Source of the DNA: an uncultured Planctomycetia bacterium
GTDB lineage: Bacteria; Omnitrophota; Gorgyraeia; 2-02-FULL-51-18
Direction of reading: 5' to 3'
DNA: 64,000 nucleotides
Assembly (NCBI GenBank): GCA_964642015.1
Contig: CAZXLF010000008.1
Coordinates: forward strand, 18,705 to 82,704
The stretch's first letter is position 1. Every line of letters begins with the position of its first letter. The translations under genes were made by a program, and so were the position numbers. Below, piece by piece: positions 56,801-62,800 of this stretch. Under the pieces are notes generated by a model. That model was given only the letters and a program-made list of their open reading frames with translations. It was not told where the DNA came from and searched no databases.

Positions 56801-59800
56801 CAAAGCGCGAGTGACTCTAACTTCCTGGATCGCTTTTGCTCTTTCTGCTACAGCAGGCACAGGTACTTTATTTTCAGCTTTAAGTTTGTTGGCTGCGCTC
56901 TGCAAAACCACTGCCGTTTCAGGATTGTTTTCACGTAAAACTGGTGCGCTCCACCACAGATAACTCGAAAAAGCCAGCACCGTCGCTAAAGCATTCAAAA
57001 TAATCCTTTGAGTATTTTGTACTATATTTAGGCCTGCCAACCGAGCTCCCTCGGGCGCGCCCTTTTGCTTTTGCTGCAATTCCTCAATCTGGCGCTGAAC
57101 ATCTTCTATTTGTCTTTGGATTTGCCTGATATTCCGCTGCTGTCTTTGTCTTTCAAGTTGCAAAAGACGCCCAACATTGGCCCTAGATTCGCCAGAACCG
57201 GTCCTTCGGATCAATTTGGACCCGATCGCATCAACGACACTTCGGCTGGCGATGATCTGGTCGATGCGCTCAGAAAGTTGCTTAGCCTCTTCAGGAGTTT
57301 TGGCATTATTGAGCTGATCGGCGAATTTTACGATCTGAGCATCATTTTCATCGCCAAAAACTTTTAATACCGTATCTCCTGTAACAAGCTGATAGGTCGG
57401 CGGCGCGTCAGAAACTCGCACATAAACACCTCCGTGTGTGGCGGCATGTTTCTCGGCTTGAGCAGCAGCAACCGTTTTGCTGTTCGGAGCAATTTGGATC
57501 CAGCGCGTCTGAAGAGAAACCGTATTCTGCGGTGACGACACGCCCAACGCTCTAGACCAAAGTGCGCCGAGCTGTGCTTGAGCTCCCTGCAGACCGCCAA
57601 GGACCTCCTGCGCGTTTACGGGAAGACCGTTATTCAGTCTCGTGCGGCTAAGGTCGACCCCTCTTTCCATCCCGTAAAGGATATCGTTCATCTGTTTAAG
57701 GAATTGATCCCGTAACGTCGGAGCTTGGGGAGTTCTTTGAGGCAATCCGCGCGTGACACCGTATAATTTGTCTCCGCTCTCTCTGGTCAAATATTCACGC
57801 CACTCGGTCGTCATCGCGGCGTTTTCTCCAAAAATGACCTGATTAGTCGAAACTGAAAAATTCACACCGTTAATACGGATCGGTCCGGCTTGGTCGATAC
57901 GAAGCGGGTGCAAGCTTTCAGGACTTAATCTGCTGAAATCCACTGCAAAATAATAAGCGTAATAATTCTGGCCTTCTTGAAAAACGTGCTGGACACCAGG
58001 AATTATTTCTCCGGCGTTCTTTTTGTCAAAAGTTTCTTTAGAAATTTTCACTCTCGCCACGATCGCGGGATAATTATCGCGTCTTAAAGTGCTCAATGCA
58101 TCCGGATCAGAGCTTTTTTCTTCGATCAGATTGCGAGCCGGTACGTCTTCTCCCAAACGCGATATAGGAAAATCGACCCCATCATAAAGCGCGACGATCT
58201 GACCGTCCGGAGTGATCTGCGCAGCGTTTGCATAACGAAAATAAGTACCGTCCGCCGCCTGGTGACGAAAACCTGCGGCGGCTCGTTCCACAACAATCGA
58301 TTCAGCGGGCATCCCTTTGTCAGGATTGACATATTGACCTGTGATCTTTTGGTTGGCGTTGATACGGCCCCCATAATAACGGAACGGTCCATAAAAATTA
58401 CCGTAGTCATAGATATTATGGAAACTCAGCGGGCCATTCAATAAGAACGAACGAGTTTGTAGGAACCTGTCATTTTTTCTCGCTGTCTCAAGCTCTCTCG
58501 AAACTGCTGGCACTTGGGCAGCAGGCGCTGGCGCAGGTTTAAGATAAGTAGCGGGTGCGATCCCATAAACATCGTTCAAGTGTCCGGCGATTTCTGCGAT
58601 GCGCACACGGCGAGCCAGATTAAAAACATTCTGTTGAAGTGCCAATGTTTCAGTGTCCAACCTATCATAGAGCGCGCGTAACCGGTTTAGTTCCGCCTGA
58701 GCAGAATATGCAGACGCTTTATCAGTTGCTCTTCCCGCAAGCGCCGCGGATTGGCTATTGTAATAATTATTCATATATACCAGCATGCCGTTAATTCCCA
58801 GATACGCTCGCTGAACGTTCGTACCTTCCTTTTTATCTTCAAAACGCACAAAGATCGTCGAGTCCTTGGTCAATGCCTCGCGAAGCTCCGGCGTAGCGGC
58901 GGCCAGCAAACGTTCCTTAACAGCCTTATCCTTTGCAAATTCTGAAAAAGGCTTGATCAGTCCCATGTCCGTAGTCTCTATTAAACGAAATTCGCCCGGC
59001 TTCGTTTCGACAAGTCCCGCGCCAATGTGAGTCTGCAAAAGCATATCCGCAACAGCTAGCTCGTTGATCAATCTATTTATCTTTTCAGGATTAATTTCTC
59101 CGATCTGTGCTAATTCTGAATGAATAGGATGAGACGGCGTGGCAAAAGCATTCAACACATCCAAGTAAATCTGAAGCGATTTAGACTGGGCGGCCGCATC
59201 TTTGGGTGCTTTTTCAGACTCCATCTGAGCTAATAGATCTTTCTGAGCGGCTCTTGCTTTTTCGATAGCCTGTTGAAGCGTCTGACCTTGACGCTCTCCT
59301 TTAGCTGTTGGTTCCGAAGTCGGGATAACGGCGGCACGCCCCATATTACCAGTCGCATTGACGATCTCTTTTTGGAAGAAATTCTGAAGCGCATTCCGAT
59401 AAGCTGTTTCTTCGGCAGATAATTTTTCCTGAACAACGGCCTGACGTAACTCAAGCGGTTCAGTCAAGGCTACTTCTGCCGTTATAAATGAAACCACGAA
59501 AGGATCTGATTGATTTGAATATTGGCTGGCTATCGCATTGTCACGGTCGATCGAAAACTGTATGGGAACATTTCTACCGTTTTGGAGTTGAGTCATCGCA
59601 AATCTGACGCGCGCAATTTCCCGTTCAACCTGCTGGACAGCCTGCATCGCCGCAATTTGCGCTCTTTGGTCAGCTATCACTTGTTTACCGGCTGGCGGCT
59701 GGAACGCTTGATCCAAAAATGGCCGTACGAACGGTGACTGGCTTCCGCGGAAAATATCATAACCGGTAAGCGGCCTAAATTGTTTAGCTGTAGGCGCAAG

Positions 59801-62800
59801 AATCGGTAATCCCAGATCAGGCCGATAATTTGGTATCAGATTAATTTCTCTCGGGCGCAATAAATAATCTGAAAAAGAAGCCGGGCGCTCGTAGGGTTGA
59901 TAGATCGGCATCCGGATATTCGGGCTAACCTCCTGCCGGCGGGCCGCTAAAATAACTGATTCATTGTGGCGCCACAATCCCCATCCTTTCGTTGCCGCTT
60001 CGTGACGGCTCCACTCGCCGCTTTGCACTTTGGCCGCGATCTCTGCGTCAGTCGCTCGACGAGCTAAGTGCAATTGATATGCCCAATACGGATCTGAAAT
60101 ATTCGTCGGATACATTGTCTTGAACGAATCAAAATAACCCGGGGCACCTCCGCGTCCTAACATCGGGAAATAATCACCGGTATTCATGAAATACTGATGG
60201 CCGGGGACCATATTGCCTGTAGTGGGACGGCCAAATTGATCTCGATGTGAATTCGGATTGCGACCGGTGGTTGGATTACCAAACATGTCGGTATAAGCTC
60301 CTGCATTCCGTCCGGTAGGCGGCATTGGATATTGAGGAAATGGGTTAACAGGAGGCCGATATGAAGTTTGTGGTGCGGGCGGCTGCGAGACCAGAAAAAG
60401 AAGCACAGGTAATTTTTGTTTTTCCGGATCGATGCCGCTCGCAGCCGCGTGAGCGCGCAAAATATTATCGATCCTCTTCCATAGATCAGAGCCAAGACTT
60501 GATTCAAATTCGCGTGGCAGAGAAGCACCCGCTTCCATATGGAACGCCAACGATAAAGCCACAACATCCCGCGCCCATGCATCGCGCCTTTTTTGAATAT
60601 CCTCCTTGATCTCGTTATCTAACGCGTCGCTGATCGCGAACGCTCTCATGAAAAACTCGCCCGGCTTTCTTGTGCCCTCATCGAGATAACGGTGAATTTC
60701 CAACAACCTTGTGCTTAATTCCTCATCGGTGGGTTCATGGTGATAAAGCGGCTTCGCATCTTTTCTGTATTGAGGACTTGCGAAGAGCTTTTTAACAGCT
60801 TCATCGACTTTGGCGTGGAGCTCAGCGCTTGCCGGCACCGCTAGCGGATTTACTTGAGCCTGCCTTAAAGCATTCATAACGAGCGGATGATTCGCAGCTC
60901 GCTTTTCCATATCTCTATTCAATTTGGAAATCGCCTCGTTCATCAATCCAGCCGTCATCCCTGGCAAGCCGTCCGACGCCGGGCTGACCGTCACAGGATT
61001 TCCAGGCGCGGCTTCGTGCGACCTCAGCAACTCTTGAGCTTTTTTAAGCTCCGCTTCAAATTGCGCTCTTTGTTGTTGTAAATCCTTAATCTGTTGCTGA
61101 ACATCCGCTTTCGGCCGCCCTTCTCCGCCCTCTTTCTTTTTGCCTTTGTCACGTAATAGCGGTTCAAAAGCGGCTCTTTTCGATTCTTTACTCTCTTTCG
61201 AAGAAACAAACGCTGTTACATTTTCCGGCCTGCTCGTCGGAATTCCCTTAAAACTGCTCAAAAAGAATACAACTGTTAAAAAAACAATGCTTAAAACCGA
61301 AATAATCGGGATCATTCTCCAGTTGATCCGTCCGGTACGCTGTTCGCTTGGGCGAAAAGACGGGCTAACTATTTCCGCTTGCTGCGGCTTGGCTACTGAG
61401 ACTTTTTGTGTTGGTGCAATTACAGGTTTCGGCAAGGATTCTTTGGTCGAAATTGCCCAATTCTCCAAACTTGCTGAAGCATTTTGTCCTAACCGTCGTA
61501 CCCAAGCCGGCTCTTTTATGTTGTGGAGCAACAAATCGAGTTGCGCACTCAAGCGTTTTGCTTGCCGATCTCTGGCAGTTTGTTCCGTTTGAGGCAATGC
61601 TTCAAGCTGTCTTAGCTTTCTCATGACAGGCTCCGCCAAAGCAGATGCTATTTCCGACTGCGCAGGAGCTTGCGCCTGTTTCACTTGTTCCAGAAGTCTT
61701 TCAAATACACTGGCCTTCCAATCCTCCGATGAAAGCACGTTGGCTTTAGCCGCCTCTACAGCGTCGGAAAAACTCTGCAACGCTTCGGCGATCTGGATCG
61801 CATTGCGTTTCCTGAGCATCAGCAAAGATGCTTCATTTCGTTCCATAGAGATTCTTGTCTTTTTCTGCGAAGCTGCATCGGCACCAGCTAGTATTTCGGC
61901 CTTTTGAGAAATTAGTTCACCTAGTTTTTCGGCCCGGGCGGTACTTGCCTGTTTTCGAGAAAACGCATCCAATAAATCAGGCAGCGTAGTTTGAATAGAG
62001 GCTGTGTCGATGCCGCTGATTCCACGCACGCCTTCATTATAAGATTTTAATAGCTGATAAAGTTCGGGCATCGACCCTATTGCATCCAATGTTTTAAGCG
62101 CTTTTTGACGGTCGTTCCGGATCTGTCTCATAAATTTGTCACGCTGATTACCTGCAAATCCATCAATAGCCGCGCGAATCTTGGCATCCGTTTGCTTAAG
62201 TCTAGTTACCGTAGATTCGGAAACACCTGCAAGCCGGGCGATCTGTCTTTGTGTTACTCTAGTCACGCCTTGGCTTTTCAGATTAGCCACAGCATCCAAA
62301 ATGGCCTGCCCGGTACTTTTTTCGCCGACAGTTGGCAATGCAGCCGCAGGAGCCACCGCAGCCGGAGCCGGTATAGGAAACGCTTCATTGGCGATACGCT
62401 CTACTTCCGCGTCAAATTGTTTACGATCTATGACCTCGAATTTGGAAACCTTATCGGCCAAATCTTTAAAAGCCGCTATCGGATCCAATGTCGGCGTCGG
62501 AACTATAGGAGGCGTTTCAGGGGTTATTTTTTCCGTAGGCGTTTCTTCTGCAGGAGGATTCTCAACAGGAATTTCTGGCTCAGGCTTGATCTCTTCTTCT
62601 GAGGTTTGCGATCTCTGAGACTCCGACTTATTAACAAGCGATGATGTAATAATCGAAAGAAAGAAGCCGCCCAATAATACTATAGGAAGCGATTCGCTGC
62701 CTAAAGGCTGATTTTCTTCCTTATACGTATATAGTTCATCCGTCGCTTGCGCGACAACCGCATCTCTGGAGGCGGTCTGACCGGGCTTGTTTTGTTCGAC

